DNA of 64,000 bases. Source: Candidatus Micrarchaeota archaeon (GTDB lineage Archaea; Micrarchaeota; Micrarchaeia; Micrarchaeales; CABMGC01). The translations under genes and the position numbers were made by a program. The DNA lies in NCBI GenBank assembly GCA_021848065.1, contig JAJZNA010000016.1:49044-113043 (forward strand), written 5' to 3'. The notes beneath the pieces were generated by a model, which had not been told where the DNA came from, searched no databases, and saw only the letters and a list, made by a program, of their open reading frames with translations. This document shows, piece after piece, positions 1 to 8,864 of the stretch (within the stretch, counting starts at the first letter, position 1; each line of letters begins with the position of its first letter).

Positions 1-942
1 CGCGACACTCGCGGGGTCCGCGCCGTAGCTGCCTTTTATCACATTTATGCCCAGCTTGCCTGCATGGTATATCGTCTGCTCTATGGCCGCTGCCCTGAAT
101 GTGTCGCTTGCAGAGAAGACGCATGTTATGTTATTTGAGAGCAGCATGTTGGCTATCTTTGCCATGGTCGTGGTCTTTCCCGCACCGTTGGGCCCTATGA
201 ACATTATCTTGAACGGCAGCTGTCCTGCTTCCTTCCTGCTGTTAACCATCTTGACTATGTCTATTTCAGGCGCGCTTGCAAGCACCTTCATTATCGATTC
301 CCTTATGGCATTTGTTATCTCTCCTTCGATGTTCCTTGACTCTACGGCCCTACCGACGAGCGCTTTGCGTATGTCTTCAGTCATCCTTTCCGCAACATCG
401 TAGTTCACGTCAGATTGCAGCAATCCTATCTTAAGGCTCTCTATGAAAGGGTCCGCATCAGCCTCCTTTATCTTCACCTGGCTGAATATCACGCTCTTAA
501 GCCTTGTAGTGAACGTCACCTTTGGCTTTGCCTCCTTCGGCTCAGCGATTGGGGCATGTGCCTGTTTGGCAGTCTGCACTGGCTCATGCCTTGGCTCTTC
601 CACATGCACGCTTGGTTTAACCTGCCTCTCCTTCTTCTCGGTTTCCACCCTAGGCACAAGCACGTCTTCCTTTGGGGCCACTTTGGGCTTCAGCGAAACT
701 GCCGCTCTTGCCTCTTCTGCATTTTTCTCGACTTTTGCAGCAGGCCGCGCTTCAACGTCTTCTTGGCGCGCCTCACGCTTTTCCTCTTTGGCTTGCGCCT
801 TGGGCTCCACAACCGTTTCAGTGCGCTCCTCGCGCCTCTCCCCACTTGCAGGTATTTCTGCTTCCGCGTGTGCCTCTTCCTTCTCCTTCTTGGCCAGCCC
901 CTGCACGAAGCTTGAGAACTTCTTTTTCAGCCCGTCGAACAT
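1..942 (-). CDS. ftsY: Signal recognition particle receptor FtsY (C-terminal part runs off the left window edge)
   Basis: Not in the ORF track because it is open at the window edge. My reverse translation from ATG (comp. 942-940) gives MFDGLKKKFSSF..., then a ~150-aa K/E/A-rich region. It continues FKIMFIGPNGAGKTTTMAKIANML...SASDTFRAAAIEQ, the SRP-GTPase P-loop and DTFRAAA motif. It is adjacent to pfdA, as in many archaea. Confidence 0.85.
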   Translation of the reverse strand, partial: MFDGLKKKFSSFVQGLAKKEKEEAHAEAEIPASGERREERTETVVEPKAQAKEEKREARQEDVEARPAAKVEKNAEEARAAVSLKPKVAPKEDVLVPRVETEKKERQVKPSVHVEEPRHEPVQTAKQAHAPIAEPKEAKPKVTFTTRLKSVIFSQVKIKEADADPFIESLKIGLLQSDVNYDVAERMTEDIRKALVGRAVESRNIEGEITNAIRESIMKVLASAPEIDIVKMVNSRKEAGQLPFKIMFIGPNGAGKTTTMAKIANMLLSNNITCVFSASDTFRAAAIEQTIYHAGKLGINVIKGSYGADPASVA

Positions 943-953
943 GCCCTATGACC

Positions 954-1400
954 TTATTGCACGCCTTGCTGTGCGCGCAGAGCATTCAGCTTGAATGAAA
1001 TGTCTAGCAGTTCGGACTCAAGCCTCTTCTTGTCCGACATGAGCCTGTTGAGCACTTGCTCGCTCTTCTTCTGGTTCGATCTTATGAATTCGACTGCGCT
1101 TACGGAGTCCATGTCCACCAGGTATCCCGCGCCGACATACGTCATCACGGTATCACTGCCTGACAGCTTGGCGTGCATGTACGCCCCGCCTTCCCCGCTT
1201 ATCATTATGTCCGACCCTCCTAGCGCCTTCGCACTCTGGAGAAGGTCGATGTTCTTCTGCAGCGCCGTGTTGGCTATGGTGTATGATGCTATGTCATTCT
1301 GCACGGCCTCGTACTGCTGGCTGTACATGCTCTGCAGATAGCTTAGCTGTGCGAGCAGTTCCTGTTGTTCCCTTTTCACGTCTTCTACCATAAAAATCAC
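954..1400 (-). CDS. pfdA: Prefoldin alpha subunit
   Basis: 148-aa ORF. Coiled-coil ends flank GGSDIMISGEGGAYMHAKL...VMTYVGAGYLVDMDSVSAVEFI, the prefoldin-alpha beta-hairpin region. MVEDVK is an alternative start. Confidence 0.8.
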   Translation of the reverse strand: MIFMVEDVKREQQELLAQLSYLQSMYSQQYEAVQNDIASYTIANTALQKNIDLLQSAKALGGSDIMISGEGGAYMHAKLSGSDTVMTYVGAGYLVDMDSVSAVEFIRSNQKKSEQVLNRLMSDKKRLESELLDISFKLNALRAQQGVQ

Positions 1401-1529
1401 GACACTACGCTATAATATTTCAAGGTATAAAAACATGCGCATTTGCTGTATTACCTTATGCAACTGCCATGTGCATGCCCCTGCTAACCCAATGCCAAAT
1501 GCCGCATCTGCAGGTTTCCATTGCCATAC

Positions 1530-2087
1530 TCATCCAAGCGCAGCGGCGGCACTTCCCTCAAGATGCGAAAGCACCATCCTCACGCGCTCCTCCACCGAAA
1601 CCGCAGGCACACGTATTACTTCATATCCTAGATCCGAATAGCTGCTGAACAATAGCCTGCTGAGCACGTCCCTTATCTCATTTGTCTCAGTCCTTGCATA
1701 ATCCCTATGGTATTCCAAAGGGTCCAGATAGAAAACTTTCCTGTATCTGAAGATGTCCGCCTTTACTGTGCCGGCATCAAGCCCAGTTATCTTAAAATAC
1801 GCTATGCTGTCCGGCACCCCTCTTTCAAAAATGTACAGCTTATCTCTCCTGGCCCTTCTTTCACGCCCCAGTTTCAGCATGAGCACCTCCTTCTGGAATG
1901 CTGCCTCATCCTTCCTCAGCTCAGCTACCGTGCGGCCCCTCTTGATGCCCCTGTCCAAGTACGCCCTGGCAATTTCCGGGAAAACCCTGTCTGCATAAGG
2001 CTTCAGCGCGCAGGCCAGCGTGGTGATCCCTGAAGACGGGGCCCCAGTTATCACGTACCATCTTGTTGTTTTTGCAGCCGGTTCCAT
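1530..2087 (-). CDS. Small P-loop NTPase-like protein (COG3911/AAA_28-like) with degenerate Walker A
   Basis: 185-aa ORF. WYVITGAPSSGITTL is P-loop-like but has Ile where the Walker A Lys is expected. PEIARAYL and ERGVPDSIAYF resemble small predicted ATPases. Confidence 0.5.
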   Translation of the reverse strand: MEPAAKTTRWYVITGAPSSGITTLACALKPYADRVFPEIARAYLDRGIKRGRTVAELRKDEAAFQKEVLMLKLGRERRARRDKLYIFERGVPDSIAYFKITGLDAGTVKADIFRYRKVFYLDPLEYHRDYARTETNEIRDVLSRLLFSSYSDLGYEVIRVPAVSVEERVRMVLSHLEGSAAAALG

Positions 2088-2098
2088 TAGTGCACCAA

Positions 2099-3235
2099 TT
2101 AATCTATGGCCCCCACGTTAACGCCCCGAACGGTTTTTCTAAATTCAGCGCTTCTGGCCGTAATGTCATCCCTGTTCGACCCTGTAATCCATTGCGCTAT
2201 AGGGAATCTTCCAGAGCCATCAAGCCTTTTCAGTTCCAGTAAAAGCTCCCTGTCCAGAAATCCCTCTCCAGTTTCCTTGCCAAGGGTGCGCAGATTCCAG
2301 TTGCTGGCAACCTTCTCTACCCCCTCCATCCCTTTCCTGCCAAATATCTGTACCAGAACTGGGATGATTATGCAGCTTTGCGACATCACAGCGACCAGTG
2401 AATTCTGCACTGCGTGCACGTTTCCATTGAAAGATATGGAAAGGCCGCCTTCTACGGATGCAGCCCTGAGCATACTGCCATCAGTGACGCTATCACCTAC
2501 GACCACGGCATTATCGATGCCCATGCCATCGGCCTCCAGCACTTCGCGCAGCGCGTCTAGCTTTCTCTCCCCTCCCATAGGCCTCACCGTTTGCATGACT
2601 GTGCTGAAGCTATTGTGCGCGAGTTCGTCGAAGAACCTGTCCAGGAACGCCGCCATGCTGCCTGCATTCACCTGCCTATTGCCGGAAAAGTCCGGGCCCG
2701 CCCTGCGCAGTTCAAGTATACTCTTTGCAGCATGTCTAACGGACTCCATGTCAGCTTCCCTTACCGCACCTCTGAGCTCGCCTATGGGAAATCTGGTGCT
2801 TATTGTGTGCATTCCAGGTATCCCTATCAGACCTGCAGTGTAATTTACATACTGCGAATAGCTTGTGCTTATTATTCTTAATGCAATCTCATGCCTTTTC
2901 AGATATTTTACTGCTTTTCCAGCCCCGTCAAGAAAATTCGCCCCACTGATGGCTATCTGGTGCAGATCACTCTCTCCAGCCCCATTAGCGATAAGAAATG
3001 GTGCAATCAGGGCCAGTGTGTCTCCCGGCTGGAAGTTTCCCCTGCCAGCCTCCAAATTGCCGAGCACATAATTGCTAAGTGTTGAATACAGCCCAGCACC
3101 TTGCCTGATAGAGTGCTGCGCAAGCTCGAAAGCATGGTCTGCAATAACCCAAGGCCCTTCCCAGTCCGAGAATAGCATTGGCCTTCGAACGCTCCCTGGC
3201 GCTCTTTGGGGGTCTACAAATTTTATTGCTACCAT
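2099..3235 (-). CDS. HAD-superfamily-like protein (EhaR-like)
   Basis: 378-aa ORF. FSDWEGPWV near the N-terminus and VVVGDSVTDGSML later look like HAD motifs I and IV. The EhaR-like label is from memory, not from a search. Confidence 0.4.
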   Translation of the reverse strand: MVAIKFVDPQRAPGSVRRPMLFSDWEGPWVIADHAFELAQHSIRQGAGLYSTLSNYVLGNLEAGRGNFQPGDTLALIAPFLIANGAGESDLHQIAISGANFLDGAGKAVKYLKRHEIALRIISTSYSQYVNYTAGLIGIPGMHTISTRFPIGELRGAVREADMESVRHAAKSILELRRAGPDFSGNRQVNAGSMAAFLDRFFDELAHNSFSTVMQTVRPMGGERKLDALREVLEADGMGIDNAVVVGDSVTDGSMLRAASVEGGLSISFNGNVHAVQNSLVAVMSQSCIIIPVLVQIFGRKGMEGVEKVASNWNLRTLGKETGEGFLDRELLLELKRLDGSGRFPIAQWITGSNRDDITARSAEFRKTVRGVNVGAID

Positions 3236-3255
3236 AATAGAAGTTGCATTGATGG

Positions 3256-3265
3256 TTATATATAA
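3256..3265 (-). promoter_or_regulatory. TATA box upstream of the 2099..3235 gene
   Basis: Minus strand reads GGCTTATATATAACC, centred ~26 nt upstream of the ATG at 3235. This implies a leaderless or near-leaderless mRNA. Confidence 0.45.
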
Positions 3266-3407
3266 GCCTGGGTCCTTTCCATCATACGCTCTGCCTAAGG
3301 GCTTGCGTATGCGCTCTAAGTGCTACGAAACGCCTTATCACCGATTCCAGTAAAGCCCCCTAACAATTAGACATCTGCGTGCGGATGTAAGCTTTTTGAC
3401 AGCGGAC

Positions 3408-4073
3408 TCAAAGATCCAGGCCTTCGCTGAGCCTGACTAGCTCGAAACCGGTGGTCTCATAGCCCACTACCATCCCGTTCGAATTGGCTATTGTGCACAG
3501 CCCTATGCTTGATGCGCCCATATTGGCAGTTGACTGAGAGACGCTGCTGGAGAACTGCTTTATGACCTTCTCCTCATCCTCCTTAAGCTCTCCACTGACA
3601 ACCATGCCCTTGTTCGTCAGGACATTGCTGGCACCTACCGTGCTGTAGCCGCATATATCCATCCTCACCGCCTCAACACCAAGCGTGTCCTCGATCTCCT
3701 TAGCCTCTTTTCTGCTGTATTCCGGATTGATGAACGCGACCTTGTCATTTGCAAGTATATTGTTTCTTAGCGCATTCAGGTCGGTCCGAATCACGCTTAT
3801 GTTGACCTCTTCAAGCTGGGCCTTGAGATTGCTTATCTCAGACCTGTCTGCTATCTCAGGTAGAAGTATTCCGTTGGAATTTGCCACGGTATATATGCCT
3901 ACCAGGCTAGAGCCGTCAACAGTGGATCTCACCACCTTCGTCTCTAGAGTGTCCCGTATCAGCTTCTCCTCAGAAATAGTGGCCCTGCTGCTGAGTATCG
4001 TGAACAGGTCAGTGGCTATAGCGTAAGCGCCGATGAAGCTGCTATTGCCAATGCCTGCCTTCTCAACACTCAT
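3408..4073 (-). CDS. eif6: Translation initiation factor 6 (aIF6/eIF6)
   Basis: 221-aa ORF with the five-fold pseudo-repeat signature: GNSSFIGAYAIATD, SSLVGIYTVANSNG, NNILANDKVAFINP, STVGASNVLTNKG, SSIGLCTIANSNG. Confidence 0.9.
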   Translation of the reverse strand: MSVEKAGIGNSSFIGAYAIATDLFTILSSRATISEEKLIRDTLETKVVRSTVDGSSLVGIYTVANSNGILLPEIADRSEISNLKAQLEEVNISVIRTDLNALRNNILANDKVAFINPEYSRKEAKEIEDTLGVEAVRMDICGYSTVGASNVLTNKGMVVSGELKEDEEKVIKQFSSSVSQSTANMGASSIGLCTIANSNGMVVGYETTGFELVRLSEGLDL

Positions 4074-4507
4074 TTCTGATCCTTGCCCTGGGCCTCGTTG
4101 TTCCCGCCTGTTGCCTTAGGCTTTGAGTTGGCTGCAGACTCGGCAGGCTTCTTTGCAGCAGCCTTGGTCGCCTCTCCCTGCGTCTTTGCTGCCTCCTTAG
4201 TGGTAGGTGCGGCTGCAGGCTTCTCTACTTTTGCTGCCGTTGCGGCCTGCTTATCCTCTGCAAGCTTGACTTCAACTCCGGCCTGCGTCTTTGTTACAGC
4301 CACCTTGATCTGGCTGCCGTTCTTCACTGTCTTGTTCATAAGATAGGCATTAACCTTCTTGTCGATCTTGACCACTTCCGGGCTGGCTGCGTTGAACCTT
4401 GCAACGTGTTCCCTTAAGTATCCTGCAGCCTTCCTATACTTTTTTGTCGAATGCACTCCTGCAAGCATGCGTCTGAAATTTACTGTCATGATAGGCATAA
4501 TAATCAC
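4070..4507 (-). CDS. rpl31e: Ribosomal protein eL31 (L31e) with a long A/K-rich C-terminal tail
   Basis: TVNFRRMLAGVHSTKKYRKAAGYLREHVARF...VKIDKKVNAYLMNK matches the eL31 pattern. It lies in the conserved eL39-eL31-eIF6 order. The start may be M4 or M7 of the ORF. Confidence 0.85.
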   Translation of the reverse strand: MIIMPIMTVNFRRMLAGVHSTKKYRKAAGYLREHVARFNAASPEVVKIDKKVNAYLMNKTVKNGSQIKVAVTKTQAGVEVKLAEDKQAATAAKVEKPAAAPTTKEAAKTQGEATKAAAKKPAESAANSKPKATGGNNEAQGKDQK

Positions 4508-4665
4508 TCGTTCTTTATCCTAAGCTTCCTCCTTCTCCAATCGCGCTGGAACTTGTTCATCTGCACTCTCCTGTGTGTCTTGACTACAGCGACAACTGGC
4601 ATCCTCCTATTCTGCTTCAGCTTCTTTCCGAGCCTCATCTTCATTCTAAGCGTCTTCTTGCTCAC
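4504..4665 (-). CDS. rpl39e: Ribosomal protein eL39 (L39e), GTG start
   Basis: Absent from the ORF track (53 aa). My translation from GTG (comp. 4665-4663) is VSKKTLRMKMRLGKKLKQNRRMPVVAVVKTHRRVQMNKFQRDWRRRKLRIKNE*. This carries the eL39 signature KQNRxxP...RRxWRRxKL. Its stop overlaps the eL31 ORF start. Confidence 0.85.
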   Translation of the reverse strand: MSKKTLRMKMRLGKKLKQNRRMPVVAVVKTHRRVQMNKFQRDWRRRKLRIKNE

Positions 4666-4674
4666 GAAACCACT

Positions 4675-4974
4675 CTATTTGCGTTTAAACTCAATCTTGC
4701 TTTCGGGCCTGTATGTTATCCTGCCCAATATGTCCTTGAGCTGCTCCTCAGTCAACAGCGAGCGCAGCTTATTGGACTGCGCCAGCGATATTATGAGGTC
4801 AATCAGCTGCCCGTACAACTCATAATTTGACACCCTGACATTCATAAGCCTTTCATACGCGCCAACGGTCATTACCTTCCTTGCCATTGCCCTCTTCTGC
4901 TGCTCTATCTGCAATGCACGGTACTTCTTTTCGAGGGCTTTCCTCTGTTCGTCGGCTCCTGCGGCTTCAGTCAC
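4675..4974 (-). CDS. PDCD5-like dsDNA-binding protein (MTH1615 family)
   Basis: 99-aa ORF. VMTVGAYERLMNVRVSNYELYGQLIDLIISLAQSNKL...LTEEQLKDIL fits the archaeal PDCD5/TFAR19 pattern. It lies between eS19 and eL39, as is usual. Confidence 0.8.
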   Translation of the reverse strand: MTEAAGADEQRKALEKKYRALQIEQQKRAMARKVMTVGAYERLMNVRVSNYELYGQLIDLIISLAQSNKLRSLLTEEQLKDILGRITYRPESKIEFKRK

Positions 4975-4975
4975 T

Positions 4976-5392
4976 TCAAGCGCCTTTATTTATCTCGTTG
5001 GAAAGCTTGTCCAGAAGGGACTTCCCACCTGGGGTTATGACCCTTCCTTCCTTGGTCGACTTTATGTATCCCTTCTTCTCCAAGGCATCGAATGCGTCCT
5101 TTATGACGCTTCCTCCGGCCCTGTAGTGGTGATGCCTCTTCACCCAGTGTGCTCTCTTGCTGCCGTACTTTGTCCTGAGCTTGGATACTCCTATTGGACC
5201 ATTCAGATAAACCTGTCTGAGTATGGATGCGCACCTTGTGTAGAAGAAGTCGCCGCTCTCTGGGACGCGTTCCTTGCCAGGGCCCGTCTTCACATAATCA
5301 ACGTACTTTGGCTTTGCTATGCCTGACTCCTTGAGCTTCCCTGCAGCAAGGTCTATAATCTTCTGTGCTTCAACTTCTAATACATTCGCCAT
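4976..5392 (-). CDS. rps19e: Ribosomal protein eS19 (S19e)
   Basis: 138-aa ORF. FYTRCASILRQVYLNGPIGVSKLRTKYGS...GGSVIKDAFDALEKKGYI is typical of eS19. Confidence 0.9.
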   Translation of the reverse strand: MANVLEVEAQKIIDLAAGKLKESGIAKPKYVDYVKTGPGKERVPESGDFFYTRCASILRQVYLNGPIGVSKLRTKYGSKRAHWVKRHHHYRAGGSVIKDAFDALEKKGYIKSTKEGRVITPGGKSLLDKLSNEINKGA

Positions 5393-5516
5393 AGTAAAAT
5401 TACCTCTAAAACCTCTAAAATTGCGATACTATATTATGCATTAGGTATATAATTATTGCTGTCTATAACCAATATCATATTCCGCATTTTATTCTCATCT
5501 TTATGCAATAACTGCA

Positions 5517-5795
5517 ATGGTGCATCATATGAAACTCAATATAGCAGAGGACGGGGCTAACAGCATAGTAATAGAGTTCGTTGACATGGACAGGTCGCTG
5601 CCTGAGATGATCAAGTCAAAGCTGATCGGGTCGAAGGAGGTCACATTCGTAGGCGTGGTAAAGGAGAGGCCTGACGTGAATACTCCAAAGCTCATAGTAA
5701 AGTCCAGCAAGAATGCAAGGTCCCTCGTGCTTAAGGCAGTCGAAGAGCTCCAGGACGACATAAAGGAACTGTCCTCAAAGATTCCCAAGAAATGA
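5517..5795 (+). CDS. rpoL: DNA-directed RNA polymerase subunit L (Rpo11)
   Basis: 92-aa ORF. Size and pattern (MKLNIAEDGANSIVIEFVDMD.SLPEMIKSKLIG.KEVTFVGV...P.L.VKS) resemble RpoL, although the usual EDHT motif is divergent. Confidence 0.6.
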   Translation: MVHHMKLNIAEDGANSIVIEFVDMDRSLPEMIKSKLIGSKEVTFVGVVKERPDVNTPKLIVKSSKNARSLVLKAVEELQDDIKELSSKIPKK

Positions 5796-6352
5796 TTATG
5801 AAGCAGGGATTGCGGATACTCGCAATAAACGATTCGCCCTTCAGGAAGGGCGCGAAATCGTCGCTGCTAATAGGCGTAGTGGGCCGCAAGGATGCCGTTG
5901 AGGGCGTCATGTCCTTCAAGGTTTCCATAGACGGCACTGATTCTACCGAAAGCATATTGCGGTCCATAACCTCGTCGCGCTTCAGGGACCAGATACGCAT
6001 CGTCTCGCTGAACGGGAACACTGTAGCAGGCACCAACGTTGTGGACATATGCGAGATAAGCTCAAGGCTAAGTGTCCCTGTGCTTGCAATAACCCGCAAG
6101 AAGCCGCACCCTGCAGACTTCAAGAAAGCCATACGGAAGGCTACTCCTGCCCAATACCGTTCCAAGGCGGCATTGCTGGATCGCGTATCAAAGTCCGCCA
6201 AGATCTCGAGGATGTCCGGATTCTATGTGCAGCACGTGGGCATTGGGAAGAAGGATGCGGCCTCGTTCCTCGAAACCTCAATAAAGCTCCTTAGGCTCGC
6301 ACACCTGATAGCCAGCGGGGTGTCAAGAGGGGAGTCCCATGGGCGCATATGA
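5792..6352 (+). CDS. DUF99/UPF0215 family protein
   Basis: 186-aa ORF. GLRILAINDSPF...LLIGVV...VEGVMSFKVSIDGTDST matches my recollection of archaeal UPF0215. It has a 4-nt overlap with rpoL. Confidence 0.65.
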   Translation: MIMKQGLRILAINDSPFRKGAKSSLLIGVVGRKDAVEGVMSFKVSIDGTDSTESILRSITSSRFRDQIRIVSLNGNTVAGTNVVDICEISSRLSVPVLAITRKKPHPADFKKAIRKATPAQYRSKAALLDRVSKSAKISRMSGFYVQHVGIGKKDAASFLETSIKLLRLAHLIASGVSRGESHGRI

Positions 6353-6416
6353 CTGCCCAATTTCCGTGCGCACATCACACTTATAAGCTATCACTGCCAA
6401 TCACATATGTGTTTTC

Positions 6417-7625
6417 ATGAAGGTGGGTTTTGAGGTCGTAGATAAGCTCATAGATTCGTACCGTGACCAGATGGTAGGCACGCTTTCAAGCATGATCCCG
6501 CTAAGGGCAGTATCGCCCATGAGCGGAGGCGAGGGGGAGTCCAAACGCGCCGTATTCCTGCAGGGCATGCTAGAATCCTGGGGCTTCAAGACCGAGCGCT
6601 ACGATTACGTTGATGACACGGGCGCACACAGGCCCAACATAATAACCCGCTTCGGCACGGCTCCAAGGACCATATGGTTTGTCGGCCACATGGACACGGT
6701 TTCAGAAGGCAATACCGACCTTTGGAGCAGCGACCCCTTTACCGCAAAGATAGATGGCGATCGCATATATGGCCGCGGCGCAGAGGATGATGGCCAGGGT
6801 GTCGTATCTTCAATGTACGCGCTTAAGGCCCTGAAAGAATCGAAGGCACCGATGAAATATTCGTTCGGTCTTGCCCTTGTGGCTGATGAGGAGCTGGGCA
6901 GCAGGTTCGGCATGAAGAAGCTCATGGACGAAGGCATATTCAAGGAAGGGGACATGTTCATGGTCCCGGACTTCGGCTTTCCCGACGGCTCTGTGATAGA
7001 GGTTGGGGAGAAGGGGATGCTGTGGCTCAAGATAACTGTCACTGGGGTGCAAGTGCACGCAAGCATACCTGACCAGGGCAAGAACGCATTCCGATATGCG
7101 GCAAGGCTTGTCACCGACATAGACGAGATGCTGCACTCCAAGTATTCTGGCAGGAATCCGATATTCAGGCCTGACGTCTCAACATTCGAGATGACGCGGC
7201 ATGACAAGAATGTCGACAGCGTTAACATAGTGCCTGGCACGGACGTTTTCTACATAGACTGCAGGATACTTCCGCAATACAATCCCGACGAAGTGATATC
7301 GGATATAGAAGCAATCGCAAGGTCCCAGAAGTATTCTGATGTCAAGGTTGCCGTAGAGACCTTCAACAGGGAAGACCCCGCCCCTGCGACAAGTGCTGAT
7401 TCTGAAATCGTCAAGCTGCTGGAGTCCTCACTAAAGGACCTCCGCGGCATAAATGCAGTAAAGTCGGGCATAGGCGGGGGCACATGCGCAACCTTTCCCA
7501 GGAAGGCGGGCATGCAGGCGGCAGTCTGGGTAACAAACCTCGACCTTGCGCATCAGCCCAACGAATTCTGCGAGATAGCGAACCTTGTTAACGATACGAA
7601 AGTATTCGCGCACATGATGCTATAA
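6417..7625 (+). CDS. M20 family metallohydrolase (ArgE/DapE/acetylornithine deacetylase-like)
   Basis: 402-aa ORF with WFVGHMDTV, GRGAEDDGQG and ADEELGS, the metal-binding motifs of peptidase family M20. Confidence 0.8.
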   Translation: MKVGFEVVDKLIDSYRDQMVGTLSSMIPLRAVSPMSGGEGESKRAVFLQGMLESWGFKTERYDYVDDTGAHRPNIITRFGTAPRTIWFVGHMDTVSEGNTDLWSSDPFTAKIDGDRIYGRGAEDDGQGVVSSMYALKALKESKAPMKYSFGLALVADEELGSRFGMKKLMDEGIFKEGDMFMVPDFGFPDGSVIEVGEKGMLWLKITVTGVQVHASIPDQGKNAFRYAARLVTDIDEMLHSKYSGRNPIFRPDVSTFEMTRHDKNVDSVNIVPGTDVFYIDCRILPQYNPDEVISDIEAIARSQKYSDVKVAVETFNREDPAPATSADSEIVKLLESSLKDLRGINAVKSGIGGGTCATFPRKAGMQAAVWVTNLDLAHQPNEFCEIANLVNDTKVFAHMML

Positions 7626-7691
7626 TGCGCCGATGCCGCTCTTCCAAGCCTTGATGCATTTCCTAGGTACTGGGGGCATTACGCGACACTA

Positions 7692-8039
7692 TCACACAGA
7701 ACGTTTCCACTTATGTACTCGTAACGAGTCTGCAAATCCGCGCACGTATGTGGTGGCTGTGGCGAATGCCGATCCATCATCCCTGCGCTTAAGCGCAATC
7801 ATCTCCCTTGTCATGTCTGCAAGTCTTAGGAGGTCCCTTGCATCACTACGCTGGCTGGAGCCCGGATAGCTGTAGTCTCTCAAAAAGCGTGCAGTGCCCT
7901 TCAAGACGTGTACTGCATCCTTCATGGAAGCCACGCTGCCTGATCTTACTGCTAGTTTAAGCCTTTCTATAGCCCTCTCCTTCAAAATGTCTGGAGGTGT
8001 CACTATTACGTACGCCATCAGAATCAGAACAGGGTACAA
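7692..8039 (-). CDS. Hypothetical protein
   Basis: 115-aa ORF in an otherwise empty gap. No motif recognised. Confidence 0.35.
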   Translation of the reverse strand: MYPVLILMAYVIVTPPDILKERAIERLKLAVRSGSVASMKDAVHVLKGTARFLRDYSYPGSSQRSDARDLLRLADMTREMIALKRRDDGSAFATATTYVRGFADSLRVHKWKRSV

Positions 8040-8088
8040 TCTTCTTATATTTAAAGAATAGCCATAGCTTCAATCGGGGTCGGGCCAG

Positions 8089-8778
8089 TCAGATTATGTT
8101 CCTGAGTATTGTGCTAAGTATGACATAGCCGTCCCTGAACGTACGCAGCTTGGGATCTCCAGCCTGCCTCTTCTTCTCCACGCTGGGCACCTCTATTGTC
8201 TTAAGCCCGCTCTTCACCGCCTTGATGTTTATCTCAGTCTCTATCCCAAAGCCCTTCTCCATAAGCTTCATCTTGCGCATTGCGTTCCTGCTAAAGCTCC
8301 TGTAGCCGTAGCACATGTCGCTGTACCTGGAGCCGAAAATGGCATTGACCATGCAGACAAAGAACTTATTGCCAAGGACTCTTAGGGGCGGCATGTCTTC
8401 AGAACTTCCACCAGACATGAACCTAGAACCCATGCATACGTCATAGCCTATCTCTATGCCCTCTACCAAAAGCCCCAGTTCCCTGGGCTCATTGGACAGG
8501 TCAGCATCCATTGATACCAGCACCCTCCCCCTGGCGGCCTTAAGTCCTTTCACAAGGGCAGACCCCTTTCCGGCATCATCGTACATGATCCTCGCTCCAA
8601 GCCTTTTCGATACCCTTACTGTATCATCGCTGGAGTGGCCATCTACTACTATTACCTCATACCTCCTTCCTGCCAGCATCCTCTTAACTCCGCTTATTAC
8701 TTTCCCAATGTTCCTGCCCTCATTAAGTGCAGGTATCACAACAGAGATATCTATTTTGTTATCCATCGGCCTCCACAC
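8089..8778 (-). CDS. Family 2 glycosyltransferase (dolichyl-phosphate sugar synthase-like)
   Basis: ISVVIPALNEGRNIGKVI, VIVVDGHSSDDT and VSMDADLSNEP are GT2/GT-A motifs including DxD. Confidence 0.85.
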   Translation of the reverse strand: MWRPMDNKIDISVVIPALNEGRNIGKVISGVKRMLAGRRYEVIVVDGHSSDDTVRVSKRLGARIMYDDAGKGSALVKGLKAARGRVLVSMDADLSNEPRELGLLVEGIEIGYDVCMGSRFMSGGSSEDMPPLRVLGNKFFVCMVNAIFGSRYSDMCYGYRSFSRNAMRKMKLMEKGFGIETEINIKAVKSGLKTIEVPSVEKKRQAGDPKLRTFRDGYVILSTILRNII

Positions 8779-8864
8779 GTCGGTTTTAACAGAATCTGGT
8801 CTACCTTTTTTAATCGTAGCATACCTTAATTAATATTTTCGGGCAGACATTAATTCACCCAATA

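Noticed and set aside
47-998. Four long plus-strand ORFs (118-183 aa) at the left edge.
   Set aside because: They are antisense shadows of ftsY. Their translations are L/S/F/C-rich nonsense, while the minus strand reads a clean FtsY with P-loop and DTFRAAA motifs.
5402-5419. Tandem 9-mer ACCTCTAAA x2 just upstream of rps19e. On the minus strand it reads TTTTAGAGGTTTTAGAGGT, giving two SD-like GAGGT elements.
   Set aside because: Only two copies. Most simply a duplicated ribosome-binding region, with no evidence of further function.
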